From a virus: DNA of 64,000 nt. Positions 20,467 through 29,108 of this stretch are shown here, one piece after another (positions within the stretch are counted from its first letter, which is position 1; every line of letters starts with the position of its first letter). A program made the position numbers and the translations under genes. The stretch covers positions 50,885 to 114,884 of the IMG/VR virus record IMGVR_UViG_3300045988_079583. One strand, written 5' to 3'. The notes under the pieces were generated by a model, which worked only from the letters and a program-made list of their open reading frames with translations, searched no databases and was not told the origin of the DNA.

Positions 20467-21018
20467 TTACTCCAGACTAATTAAACCCTTCTCTAACATA
20501 ATATGGTGATTCGGACATAACCATACTAAATTATTCTCGTTGTTAATCTCCTTAATAAGAGTGTCTTCGTCAAATTCTAATATTCCTTTAAGATGATGTA
20601 CTTCAAGTATTGCATCAAATTCATGATTATGACAATATTGACATACTTTCTCACGTTCGGAACTTTCTAATACTCTACGAGCATTAGTCCTTATTTCTTG
20701 ACATTTAGATGATAAGTACTTCTGCCCAGATGTATAATAACCTAATGTTTTGTTACCAATTCCATTAAGTTCTTCCCAGCAACTACGACACATTTCTGAA
20801 TCTTTATGCTTAGGTTTACCACATCTAGGACATATCTTGTTTTCATCGTGCTTTATCCTACCTCTATTATTGTAAGAAGCAGCACACGAATGACTACAAA
20901 ACTGTTTCTTCCTCACATCTGCGACCCTCTGATTATCTAGTACTTCGATTACCTTACCACATTCCTTACAGTGGTTAGGATTCTCATAATACAATTTAAG
21001 AGATTGTTCTCGATTCAC
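20467..21018 (-). CDS. HNH homing endonuclease (standard code)
   Basis: CQYCHNHEFDAILEVHHL...NLVWLCPNHH HNH motifs; zinc-ribbon-like N-terminus. Confidence 0.65.
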   Translation of the reverse strand: MNREQSLKLYYENPNHCKECGKVIEVLDNQRVADVRKKQFCSHSCAASYNNRGRIKHDENKICPRCGKPKHKDSEMCRSCWEELNGIGNKTLGYYTSGQKYLSSKCQEIRTNARRVLESSEREKVCQYCHNHEFDAILEVHHLKGILEFDEDTLIKEINNENNLVWLCPNHHIMLEKGLISLE

Positions 21019-21155
21019 AGATAAGTTTAATTAATTTTAATGACAGTGTGATATGCAAGCCATTACACCACAGCCTCGAAAATGCAGGTATTTATCTCGT
21101 TACACCTGCGAGTCCGGCAATCCTTTCTTATATACCGCGTGAGCTGGCGGTTTTG

Positions 21156-21229
21156 TAGGGCTAATCAGACTTGAACTGATAACCTCCACATTATCAGTGT
21201 GGTGCTCTAACCAGTTGAGCTATAGCCCT
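21156..21229 (-). tRNA. tRNA-Ile(GAU)
   Basis: anticodon stem CCACA/TGTGG, loop CTGATAA; T-loop TTCAAGT. Confidence 0.75.
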
Positions 21230-21334
21230 ATTTCTCTTTGTATCACCGTGCAAAATGCACATTTGTAAGTATCTTTATATCAGGATACCTCCCGTGCCAG
21301 GAATTGCTACAAAGAATGTGGACCTAACGGAGTT

Positions 21335-21967
21335 TTATTTGTATTTCCATACATAACCTCCACAGGATTTTGCTTTTCCTACACAGCAATCAATTATATG
21401 ATTACTAGCAGAGTGTTTACTCTTTGATTTTCCTACCTCAACTAGCCAATCTGCAGCTTTCAGAGAACCAGGAAATTCCTAAATTTTGTTTCCAGCTTTA
21501 TCATACTGAACAACAATTCTACATTCACGTGCCTATTTATTAGCTCTTCCATCTATTCCATGAGCTTTTAACACCAAATACACAGTTTCCACTGAACAGC
21601 CTATCTTTTCTGATACCTCTTTACATAAATATCCTAAGTTATATAATTCAATAATTTCCTTGTAGTCATACAATATCTTCCCATCACCGCCTTTAGTAGC
21701 ATTATACCCATCTTTGTAGGACTACAATTTGTTTATCCAATATATTTCCCTATCAGATAGGGAGTTATCATCCGCTTCCTCTAGGCATTCAACTATGAAG
21801 TTCTCAACCCCGTACTTATTCATAGCATCGTATAACGGCCTCTTTTCACATCTTTCTTTCTAACTATCTTGACAATGTTCTTTAAAACGCGCTTGTGGGT
21901 TTTGTGTAGTCTTTCCTACATAGCGCTTATTGTTAATCAAGTTTGTAATACAATAAATATATCCCAT
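21335..21967 (-). CDS. GIY-YIG homing endonuclease paralog containing 4 in-frame TAG codons
   Basis: hand translation MGYIYCITNLINNKRYVGKT...DREIYWINKL...GYNATKGG; paralog of 13412-14047; terminates at TAA. Confidence 0.7.
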
Positions 21968-22051
21968 AATTTTCTTTTTTTTATTAAACATTTAGTTTTA
22001 ATCCAGAGTTCACCACGTGGAGGTAGTTTAATACGAACTCCTGGACCTAAC

Positions 22052-22556
22052 GGGAGTCGAACCCGTGTCCAAACAACCCTTGTTACAAGGATAACGTGCG
22101 TCTCATTTTTATTACATCAGCTAGTGAGTTCTAGCATTTAGATAGTTTTCATAGAAGAGCTAGATTCTTTGCAAGCGGACTCATCTAGCACCTTTCCGCT
22201 TAACTACACAACAAACTATCAAACTTAGAGGACCAGGGGTCTCTTCTCTACCACTCCATTTACGTTGGAGAACGCCTATTTGTAACCTATAGATAGGTAA
22301 TGGAGAATTTCAGCTTTACTAACCTTTGGCTTTCAAGTTAAGTACAGTGGCTCTATCATCCTTCTGCTGTACACCTCTTCTGTTTCTAGGTCTTCTCCGT
22401 TAACCCGACTCGATTAATATTTCTATTAATTAGCCACAGCTCACGCTGCCATTCTTACTTCGCTATAAGTAGCAATTATTGTTTTCCTTCGTTTAGAGAG
22501 ATTGCGCTCTACACGTCCTTATAATTCGTAATCGCCTGTCAAATCCAAGTAGGCCC
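22052..22556 (-). ncRNA. candidate tmRNA-like (ssrA-like) structured RNA
   Basis: about 500 nt without ORFs; 3' end is a T-arm (ACGGG-TTCGACT-CCCGT) plus TAGGTCC strand that can pair with GGGCCTA about 500 nt upstream; 5' region TGGGCCUACUUGGAUUUGACAGGCG resembles conserved tmRNA 5' end GGGGCUGAUUCUGGAUUCGACGGG; internal short ORF ends ...VRMAA-TGA. Confidence 0.3.
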
Positions 22557-22598
22557 ATGTTCCAGTTTATCTCTGATTAGAAAACTGGAGAAAAGAAA

Positions 22599-22856
22599 TT
22601 ATAGCATTATAGTTGAGCCAGGAGGCAAAATTGTGACCTTACAAGTAAGCAAACGACGCGTATCCTCAACAGTAAACAGCTTAGGATAGCATAGACCGCT
22701 ACGCCCACCAATGATAATTAAAGCATCTCCGTACCTCTGAACTATAGTTCCAGGCTCCATTTCCTCGTCACAGAACCAATTTACAATCTCAGCTACATCT
22801 CCATCTTTCATATTTGTAAGATGTGTTGTGATTGTCTTATTAATTACTTTTGCCAT
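22599..22856 (-). CDS. hypothetical protein
   Basis: 85-aa ORF followed by hairpin CCAGTTT...AAACTGG. Confidence 0.4.
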   Translation of the reverse strand: MAKVINKTITTHLTNMKDGDVAEIVNWFCDEEMEPGTIVQRYGDALIIIGGRSGLCYPKLFTVEDTRRLLTCKVTILPPGSTIML

Positions 22857-23418
22857 ATAAACACTGTTTTAATATTTCCTTAGTAACTACTCTATCAGCT
22901 TCTCTAGATAGCTTATCCAACTTTTCTAAGTCAAACTCGCTAGACTGGAACTTAAATTGAATCCAAGTTGGTTCACTAGGTCTATAGTCTAAATAAGTCT
23001 CACACTTATCAGTTCCCAAAACCTCATGCACCATAGCTAATATACGTTCACCAGCAGCTTTAGTTTTTACGAATCCAGATAAATCATATCCAACACCTCT
23101 AGAACTCCAGTATTCTCCTTCCTCTGGACGAATGTCTTTGGGTTCCCAATGCCAGGCAGAAACACCGGACCTAGGATGAGCAATACGATGAGCATACTCC
23201 ATTACGGATTCCGAATTTGGATCAGAAGGATTCTCTGGATGAGAGCCATATTGCACTATGCCTTTTCCGTTATCACTTCTTATTTCGAATGTTAGTTTAC
23301 AATGTCTGCAAGTTCCAGAGGTAACTCCTCCGCAAGAGAAACAACCACTGGTCACAGAATCACATCCACAATTAGGACAACCCCATTCCTTAAATTCTGA
23401 GAATAATATAGATAACAT
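22840..23418 (-). CDS. hypothetical Cys-rich protein
   Basis: 192-aa ORF. Confidence 0.45.
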   Translation of the reverse strand: MLSILFSEFKEWGCPNCGCDSVTSGCFSCGGVTSGTCRHCKLTFEIRSDNGKGIVQYGSHPENPSDPNSESVMEYAHRIAHPRSGVSAWHWEPKDIRPEEGEYWSSRGVGYDLSGFVKTKAAGERILAMVHEVLGTDKCETYLDYRPSEPTWIQFKFQSSEFDLEKLDKLSREADRVVTKEILKQCLYGKSN

Positions 23419-23711
23419 TAGTAATTAGGTTTAAATTCTACTTCCTTTAATACAACATACATCTTACCATCCTTCTGTTCGAAACAACCATTAGCTTGTA
23501 AAAAGTTAATGATAAAGTCCATAGGGATATGGTAATTGTCAGTAATAAGCATTCCATTATCAATATGATAACGTTCCTTTCTTTCTAATCTAGTGGGATT
23601 ACCGTTTATAGTAATCTCACCAGAATTTTTATTCTCCTCATCAGGTTTAATTCCTTTTATATAAATGGAATAGCCGGATTCAGCAAGATAGACCTATTGT
23701 ATCACACTCAT
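23418..23711 (-). CDS. hypothetical protein with one in-frame TAG (97 codons)
   Basis: hand translation MSVIQ(TAG)VYLAESGYSIYIKG...; fills otherwise ORF-free gap, ATGA/TAATG overlaps with neighbours. Confidence 0.35.
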
Positions 23712-24133
23712 AGCTCAGGAACATCGGAACGATTATCGTGATAGCCTTGGTCTCCAACAAGCTCTGCTAAACATCCGTGCATATAGGGAACTAGCTTAGG
23801 CTTCTCCTTATAGCATCTGTAAAGCATCCAACTCATATTCATAGAATTTCCACTATGTCCCTTGTCATAGTAGGGAAGCTTATTTTTGATTTCTTCAATC
23901 AATTCGAACAGGCTAGGGAATTTTCTATAAAATTCTTCGCACTCTTCCAAGCTCATTTCCTTGAAATATTCGGCAAACGATAAAGCTTGCTTTATACAAG
24001 CCATCTCATAACCGAACAATTCATTCTCCTCAAATGTGCCGTCACCAGCTTCACTGAATAAGCGATTAAAACGCTCAATTCTCTCCTGAAATTCTTTCGG
24101 AAGAGCTTCTTTTGTAAGATTTTTGTAATTCAT
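23708..24133 (-). CDS. hypothetical protein
   Basis: 141-aa ORF. Confidence 0.45.
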   Translation of the reverse strand: MNYKNLTKEALPKEFQERIERFNRLFSEAGDGTFEENELFGYEMACIKQALSFAEYFKEMSLEECEEFYRKFPSLFELIEEIKNKLPYYDKGHSGNSMNMSWMLYRCYKEKPKLVPYMHGCLAELVGDQGYHDNRSDVPEL

Positions 24134-24163
24134 GATCTAATTTTTATAGTTAATAAACTTAAG

Positions 24164-24237
24164 TTGCGAGAGTCGGACTCGAACCGACGACCTTCAGGTT
24201 ATGAGCCTGACTAGCTACCAACTGCTATCATCTCGCA
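24164..24237 (-). tRNA. tRNA-Met(CAU) (initiator-like T-arm/acceptor, 3-nt connector before D stem)
   Basis: anticodon stem TCAGG/CCTGA, loop CTCATAA; AAGGTCGTCGGTTCGAGTCC...GCAAC resembles bacterial initiator 3' region. Confidence 0.65.
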
Positions 24238-24244
24238 ATAAATG

Positions 24245-24317
24245 TGGACACGCAGGGACTCGAACCCTATCTTCCGGTGTGCAAAACCAGCGCTCTAGCC
24301 ATTTGAGCTAACGGCCC
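24245..24317 (-). tRNA. tRNA-Ala(UGC)-like; acceptor stem does not pair as read
   Basis: good D arm, anticodon arm CTGGT-TTTGCAC-ACCGG and T arm, but 5' GGGCCGT is not complementary to 3' CGTGTCC; possible pseudogene or my misreading. Confidence 0.45.
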
Positions 24318-24323
24318 ATTCAC

Positions 24324-24623
24324 TTATTTTTGTATCATATTAAGGATTTCTTCAAAGGAATAACTTAAAAAGACTCTATCCATGTCAGCATCACTAACTA
24401 CACCCTCAGGTCTAGGATAGATGAGAGTAGGAGAATGTCCTCGTTCGTGTAACCCATACACAATTTCCACATTGCCTTTAATAAGACGAAGGTCTATATA
24501 TTCAGACATAGAAGAATAAAATCCAATGTTGTTATCTTCTATGTAAGAAGATCCTTTCTTAGTCATTACCTTACGATAAGGTTTATAACCTTTACTAATC
24601 AAATATTCTACAAATCCAATCAT
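24324..24623 (-). CDS. hypothetical protein
   Basis: 99-aa ORF. Confidence 0.4.
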   Translation of the reverse strand: MIGFVEYLISKGYKPYRKVMTKKGSSYIEDNNIGFYSSMSEYIDLRLIKGNVEIVYGLHERGHSPTLIYPRPEGVVSDADMDRVFLSYSFEEILNMIQK

Positions 24624-24638
24624 AATAATTAATTTTAG

Positions 24639-24712
24639 TAGTTCCTATGTGATTCGAACACATGACCCTCTAATTCGTAGTTAGATACTCTATCCAACTG
24701 AGCTAAGGAACT
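24639..24712 (-). tRNA. tRNA-Arg(ACG)
   Basis: anticodon stem TCTAA/TTAGA, loop CTACGAA. Confidence 0.75.
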
Positions 24713-24915
24713 GACATCAGTTTTATTTTTGGTTGGTCAAAACCTTTACAAAATTTCCACTGTTAAGATTCCGCAACTTAACAACACCAGATAAGTTTTT
24801 ATACCACAGTCTATAGGACTGTTACGCAAGGGCTGGCTTCAACTTAAACCTCGAACGGATTTTTACCTTGCCAGGTTAGGATATTTTCATTATAGTGGTT
24901 TTGATTTAGCAAGGA

Positions 24916-25125
24916 TCACCATCCATGCCCATGTTCAGCCCTATAGGCATTTATCTGCTCCTGTTCCCTTGCTCTTTTATTATCTCTATTCCACGAATAA
25001 AAAGGGTCGCCAGAACAATCTTTACTTTGAGCTTCTAAGGCTTTCTCGCACGAGCGTTTCTTCATTACATATGGACAATCACAACTTCCGTTGTAATACC
25101 AACAACAATAATCACATTGATGCAT
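24916..25125 (-). CDS. hypothetical Cys-rich small protein
   Basis: 69-aa ORF. Confidence 0.35.
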   Translation of the reverse strand: MHQCDYCCWYYNGSCDCPYVMKKRSCEKALEAQSKDCSGDPFYSWNRDNKRAREQEQINAYRAEHGHGW

Positions 25126-25276
25126 AATCTAATATTAAAAGTTAAAGTGGGTGCTAGCCGTTTCTATCCCACCATTGCGTACTACAGTGCTAGCTACCGT
25201 CCAAGTTACTCTCTTCCTCACATCAACTTGGAATTTGCTGGATTAATATTACTAGGAGGATTCAGCAAAAAGCTCT

Positions 25277-25558
25277 TTATTTCTCAGCCTGTTTAGAAAT
25301 TTCTAATGCGGCAGTTTCATCACTAATACATTCAGTAGGACATGGAATAATATTTCCGTGAATTTCTCTATGGCAATTGGCGCAGACTAGTATACATTTG
25401 TCCAATTCCTCTTTAACACGTTTCCATGAACGTGTATAACCCTTTGCGGATATTCCGAAGTCCTTTTCTTCTGAATTAATATGGTGAAACTCCAAAGCCC
25501 CAACATATTTGTTATATCCACAACATTGACACTTTCCACCTTTGTAAGCAATAGACAT
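25277..25558 (-). CDS. HNH endonuclease (standard code)
   Basis: CQCCGYNKYVGALEFHHIN...ILVCANCHREIH. Confidence 0.6.
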   Translation of the reverse strand: MSIAYKGGKCQCCGYNKYVGALEFHHINSEEKDFGISAKGYTRSWKRVKEELDKCILVCANCHREIHGNIIPCPTECISDETAALEISKQAEK

Positions 25559-25717
25559 AAGTTTTACTTTATCTCTTCTTCTCTATACTGCCTCTGCTTC
25601 ACATTTAAGACATTTCCATTTGGTTCTATTACCATCTTTTCGCTCTGCAAATTCAGTTTCTCCGTGAATCTAGCAGAACATAACTTCTCTCTTATTCATA
25701 ATATTACTTTTTAATAG

Positions 25718-25789
25718 CTGGGGCACATGGACTCGAACCATGATTCTTTGATTAACAGTCAAAAGTTCTGACCTTTGAACTATACCCCA
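25718..25789 (-). tRNA. tRNA-Asn(GUU)
   Basis: anticodon stem TTTGA/TCAAA, loop CTGTTAA; U1-A72. Confidence 0.75.
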
Positions 25790-26043
25790 ATAGTTAATTT
25801 CTCTCCACGACATAGATAAGTACCCCTTTGGTACTTACCTCTAGTAGTATTTCTTACTCAAATCCTCTATAGGGAGGTGGGATAGTTCCAGAAACTAACC
25901 ATGTGTAGCTTTTAGAACTCTGTTCAAAATACCACTTAGCAGCTTTCTTCACAACATTAATTACCTTTTTCATAACATTAAAGTTTAAAATTGTTAATAA
26001 TTAATCTAATTCAGAGCCACAAAAGGAGTTTAGTTGCGGAGGT

Positions 26044-26113
26044 AGGATTCGAACCGTTTATGACGATTTCTAGGTTATGAGCCTAGCGAGATGACCAACT
26101 TCTCTACTCCACT
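26044..26113 (-). pseudogene. degenerate tRNA-like sequence with CAU anticodon loop
   Basis: D arm GAGA/TCTC and anticodon arm CTAGG-CTCATAA-CCTAG present, T stem and acceptor do not pair. Confidence 0.25.
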
Positions 26114-26119
26114 ATATTG

Positions 26120-26193
26120 ACTCGGTGGTCAGATTCGAACTGACGAACTAAGGATTTGCAGTCCTAGCCATTAAACCACTCTGGTACACCGAG
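26120..26193 (-). tRNA. tRNA-Cys(GCA)
   Basis: acceptor CTCGGTG/CACCGAG, anticodon loop CTGCAAA. Confidence 0.65.
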
Positions 26194-26197
26194 ATTG

Positions 26198-26278
26198 TTC
26201 CGATTAAAGGATTTGAACCCCTGACCTCCCGCTGATGTTTTGGATGCGGACGCTCTAACCAGACTGAGCTAAATCGGA
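26198..26278 (-). tRNA. tRNA-like gene with canonical acceptor, D and T arms but a 13-nt anticodon loop (ATCCAAAACATCA); anticodon unassignable
   Basis: acceptor TCCGATT/AATCGGA, D arm GCTC/GAGC, stem TCCGC/GCGGG flanking a 13-nt loop, T arm AGGGG-TTCAAAT-CCTTT. Confidence 0.35.
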
Positions 26279-26284
26279 ATATTG

Positions 26285-26356
26285 AGTAGGTAATGAGAAT
26301 CGAACTCACATCATCGGCATGGCAAGCCGATGCACTAACCGTTGTGCTATACCTAC
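26285..26356 (-). tRNA. tRNA-Gly(GCC)
   Basis: anticodon stem TCGGC/GCCGA, loop TTGCCAT. Confidence 0.8.
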
Positions 26357-26361
26357 AAATG

Positions 26362-26436
26362 TGCAGATAGAGAGACTCGAACTCTCCCCTTCAGATTGGA
26401 AGTCTGACGTGCTCAAACCATTAACACCACATCTGC
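26362..26436 (-). tRNA. tRNA-Gly(UCC)
   Basis: anticodon stem TCAGA/TCTGA, loop CTTCCAA. Confidence 0.75.
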
Positions 26437-26472
26437 ATTGAGGAGAGTTATGCGATACTCTCCTAAACGCTA

Positions 26473-26817
26473 CTACGAATGTAGTAATTCTTGGGCTTCA
26501 ATTTCGCCAATTATTTTAGTAAGTGCGATCTTGAATGGATTTCCCTTGATTTTGTCGAAGAGATTGGCATCGCGTACCTCCTCAACTTTGTCTGGAACAT
26601 TCAATTTTCTTTTACCGTTGTCTACGGTTTTCCATGTGATAACTGTGCAACGCTTCACGTCATAAACGCTGTCGTTGCGGTCAACGAACACCTTGAAGAA
26701 GTTTCTTTTGTGCTTTACTACCTCAACTCTTTTAAAGTTTTTGATAGGTGCGTGCATTTTCAAGTCACATCTTCCATTAGCTAAGAAAATCAATTCTGCC
26801 ATAATAATACTCTGCAT
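26473..26817 (-). CDS. hypothetical protein
   Basis: 114-aa ORF. Confidence 0.4.
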   Translation of the reverse strand: MQSIIMAELIFLANGRCDLKMHAPIKNFKRVEVVKHKRNFFKVFVDRNDSVYDVKRCTVITWKTVDNGKRKLNVPDKVEEVRDANLFDKIKGNPFKIALTKIIGEIEAQELLHS

Positions 26818-26939
26818 AGTCAGAGATTCAAAGTTAAACTATGTTAATTCCAGTCTTTCGTCTGGCACTCCACCTCGTTTTAACCAATAGCTACTGTCCT
26901 TCACTATCTGAGCTAAGCTCTAAACTGGGATAAAGGTAT

Positions 26940-27326
26940 TTATTCTATAAATATAAAAGAAGTTCCGTATCTGTCCAAGAATGATTCCAGATATTCAGTC
27001 ATTTCATTGTTAGTTTCGAAATACAGAACCTCATCACATTCATCGCTTAATTCAAAAACTATGTGAGGTTTAGTATATACTACCCCATTTTTAAAGAAGT
27101 CCTTCTTGGGGTCTAATTCTGCGATCATTTCTTCTTCAGAAAAACACTCTCCAAGATACAGACAATTGTACCAGTAGTCGTGGTGCCTCTTCCAGAAAAA
27201 GAAAACAGAGGAATCATACACATAGTGTTCCCAATACCTATTAGTTCTAGTTTTATAAGCTAAAACTCTCCTAACCAAATTTCCATTAATATACGTATCC
27301 ATAATTAATCCCAATATTCTGGACAA
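26940..27326 (-). CDS. hypothetical protein
   Basis: 128-aa ORF. Confidence 0.4.
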   Translation of the reverse strand: MSRILGLIMDTYINGNLVRRVLAYKTRTNRYWEHYVYDSSVFFFWKRHHDYWYNCLYLGECFSEEEMIAELDPKKDFFKNGVVYTKPHIVFELSDECDEVLYFETNNEMTEYLESFLDRYGTSFIFIE

Positions 27327-27739
27327 TTATCCACTGTTAATAATCCTTTTTCGCATAGACCTCCGTCATAAAATATACATGACGAGCAAGAAAGATTATC
27401 CCTGGATTCATATTCCTGAATACCCTCCTGAATATCTTTCTTAGCTTTGTATCTATCTTTTCTATTCTCTTTCTTGTATTCGTATTGCATCATTTTACTT
27501 CTATAAGGAGAAGTACAATTTTTTAGCATTTTAGCATACTTAGAACCATCTAGAAAATCTGTAATTGATTCGCAAACTCTCAATGCTTTATTCCTAAAAA
27601 TAGGAACATTGTATTTTACAGTAGCTTTAATTCCATTAACAGGAATATAGAACCTTCCGCAAGAATCATAGACCTTTTTAGCCCTAGAAATCCACTTTCT
27701 TTTAGAAAGTTCTCTTCTCAATTTTCTATCCATAAGCAA
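27305..27739 (-). CDS. hypothetical Cys-containing protein
   Basis: 144-aa ORF. Confidence 0.4.
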   Translation of the reverse strand: MLMDRKLRRELSKRKWISRAKKVYDSCGRFYIPVNGIKATVKYNVPIFRNKALRVCESITDFLDGSKYAKMLKNCTSPYRSKMMQYEYKKENRKDRYKAKKDIQEGIQEYESRDNLSCSSCIFYDGGLCEKGLLTVDNCPEYWD

Positions 27740-27754
27740 ATAAGATTGGTGTAG

Positions 27755-28308
27755 AATCTAGAGTGGGATTCGAACCCACGAAACACGGTTATTTAATATT
27801 TTTACTGCCATAATTTTCAGTCTAGGAATGACAATTAGGACAAAGGATTTGCAGATTCTCTATTCTATTATCATTACTAATACCATTAATATGGTGTAAC
27901 TACAAAGAAATAGGCTTATTGTTCCACTATGTTATCCCACATATTTCACATTTACACGTCTTATATCCCTCAGAAATTAACCGTTTCTTTAATCTATCAG
28001 TATTCTAATAAGTTGAGTTTTCAACTAGAATCTCTTCTATAGGTATTTTCTTCTGAGAAGGCTAAGAAGTTCCTTTGTTCCATCCCTAGCCTTTAAAATG
28101 GGAATAATCTATATTAAGAGAATCCAATTTCTTATGAATTACTCTTATATTTCCTGAATTTGCTGGCCTCTACATAAGACGACAAACATCAGAAAATGTA
28201 AAACACTATTTAACAAAGTGTTCTATTTCTTCCTTAGAAAATTCTGGGTATTTATTCATATTTCTTATTTTTTATAACCGTTCCCTTAGACCGCTCGGGC
28301 ATCTAGAC
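27755..28308 (-). other. split tRNA-like gene: 5' half (28270-28308) and 3' half (27755-27789) separated by HNH endonuclease gene inserted in the anticodon loop
   Basis: 5' half GTCTAGA-TG-CCCG..GGG-A-ACGGT; 3' half ACCGT-GTTTC-GTGGG-TTCGAAT-CCCAC-TCTAGAT; acceptor and anticodon stems pair across the insertion. Confidence 0.45.
27789..28259 (-). CDS. HNH homing endonuclease with 8 in-frame TAG codons (156 aa)
   Basis: hand translation MNKYPEFSKEEIEHFVK(TAG)CF...CKCEICGIT(TAG)WNNKPISL(TAG)LHHINGISNDNRIENLQILCPNCHS(TAG)TENYGSKNIK-TAA. Confidence 0.65.
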
Positions 28309-28344
28309 GTGATGGGAGACTAGCTTCTAATTCTTCCTGTGTCA

Positions 28345-28560
28345 TTAGTACGAATCCTCTGAATTTTTAATTAGGTTGCGAGCTTTGTCCATTCCGGACT
28401 CGTAGGCCTCCACAACATACTGTATAGCAGTTTTTGAATCAACTTGATTCATGGAATTGCTATTTTCTACCAGCTCTTGAATAATCTCACTTAACTCTTT
28501 CATATTTAATAAATAAAAGTGTAGGGTAGGAGAGACTCGAACTCTCACGCCCGAAGACAA
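28345..28560 (-). CDS. hypothetical protein (N-terminus overlaps tRNA-Leu, true start probably internal)
   Basis: 71-aa ORF. Confidence 0.3.
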   Translation of the reverse strand: MSSGVRVRVSPTLHFYLLNMKELSEIIQELVENSNSMNQVDSKTAIQYVVEAYESGMDKARNLIKNSEDSY

Positions 28561-28602
28561 TAGATCCTAAGTCTATCGCGTCTACCATTCCGCCACTACC
28601 CC
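28522..28602 (-). tRNA. tRNA-Leu(UAG), type II (reads CUN; not an amber suppressor)
   Basis: anticodon stem ATAGA/TCTAT, loop CTTAGGA, long variable arm. Confidence 0.75.
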
Positions 28603-28607
28603 AACAG

Positions 28608-29108
28608 TTACAGTTTCATATCCCGTATTTTAGGAGCTACGTTAACCATTTCCTTATAATAATTACATATGTTCTCGAATACCTCATCAGGTATTATCTG
28701 ACATTCAACTCCTGATCTGTCGTATAATATATTACCAGGAAACCAAGCTATGTTTAGCATTCTCTGTTTAGAGTAAATAACTCTGGTTTCCTTAGAATCA
28801 ATATAGACTTCATAGCAGTCTTCGTGTACACTATAAGAGTTACCAAATTTTTTAGTTAGCCTGAAGTATATAAAGGCTTGACCATTGAAGTTGATTCTAA
28901 AGCACTTCCCTACATAGCTTTTAAGTAGTTCCTCTCTTTTTTCCTCTTCCCTCTTTTTGGCATCTCTTCTTTCCTGTTCTTCTCTATCTAGGTGATCACA
29001 ATATTCTTGCAATGAACAGCCGGGATGCTTCTTAGCATATACTTTCATGGGATTTTCATTCCACATATTATACCATTTTAAGTTGTCCGTATACATCAAA
29101 CCTTGCAA
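28608..29108 (-). CDS. hypothetical protein
   Basis: 166-aa ORF. Confidence 0.45.
   Translation of the reverse strand: MQGLMYTDNLKWYNMWNENPMKVYAKKHPGCSLQEYCDHLDREEQERRDAKKREEEKREELLKSYVGKCFRINFNGQAFIYFRLTKKFGNSYSVHEDCYEVYIDSKETRVIYSKQRMLNIAWFPGNILYDRSGVECQIIPDEVFENICNYYKEMVNVAPKIRDMKL

Noticed and set aside
21232-22600. GIY-YIG gene plus structured flanks as a group I intron interrupting a protein gene
   Set aside because: No plausible downstream exon exists (tRNA-Ile and an HNH gene follow immediately). The flanks are better explained as a tmRNA-like RNA plus a cassette insertion with direct repeats.
26198-26278. 13-nt-loop tRNA as a frameshift or stop suppressor
   Set aside because: No anticodon can be assigned by eye, so only the structural anomaly is reported.
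28522-28602. tRNA with anticodon UAG could be mistaken for an amber suppressor
   Set aside because: The anticodon 5'-UAG-3' reads CUA/CUG (Leu), and the gene is a type II tRNA-Leu. The amber-reading genes are the two with anticodon CUA.
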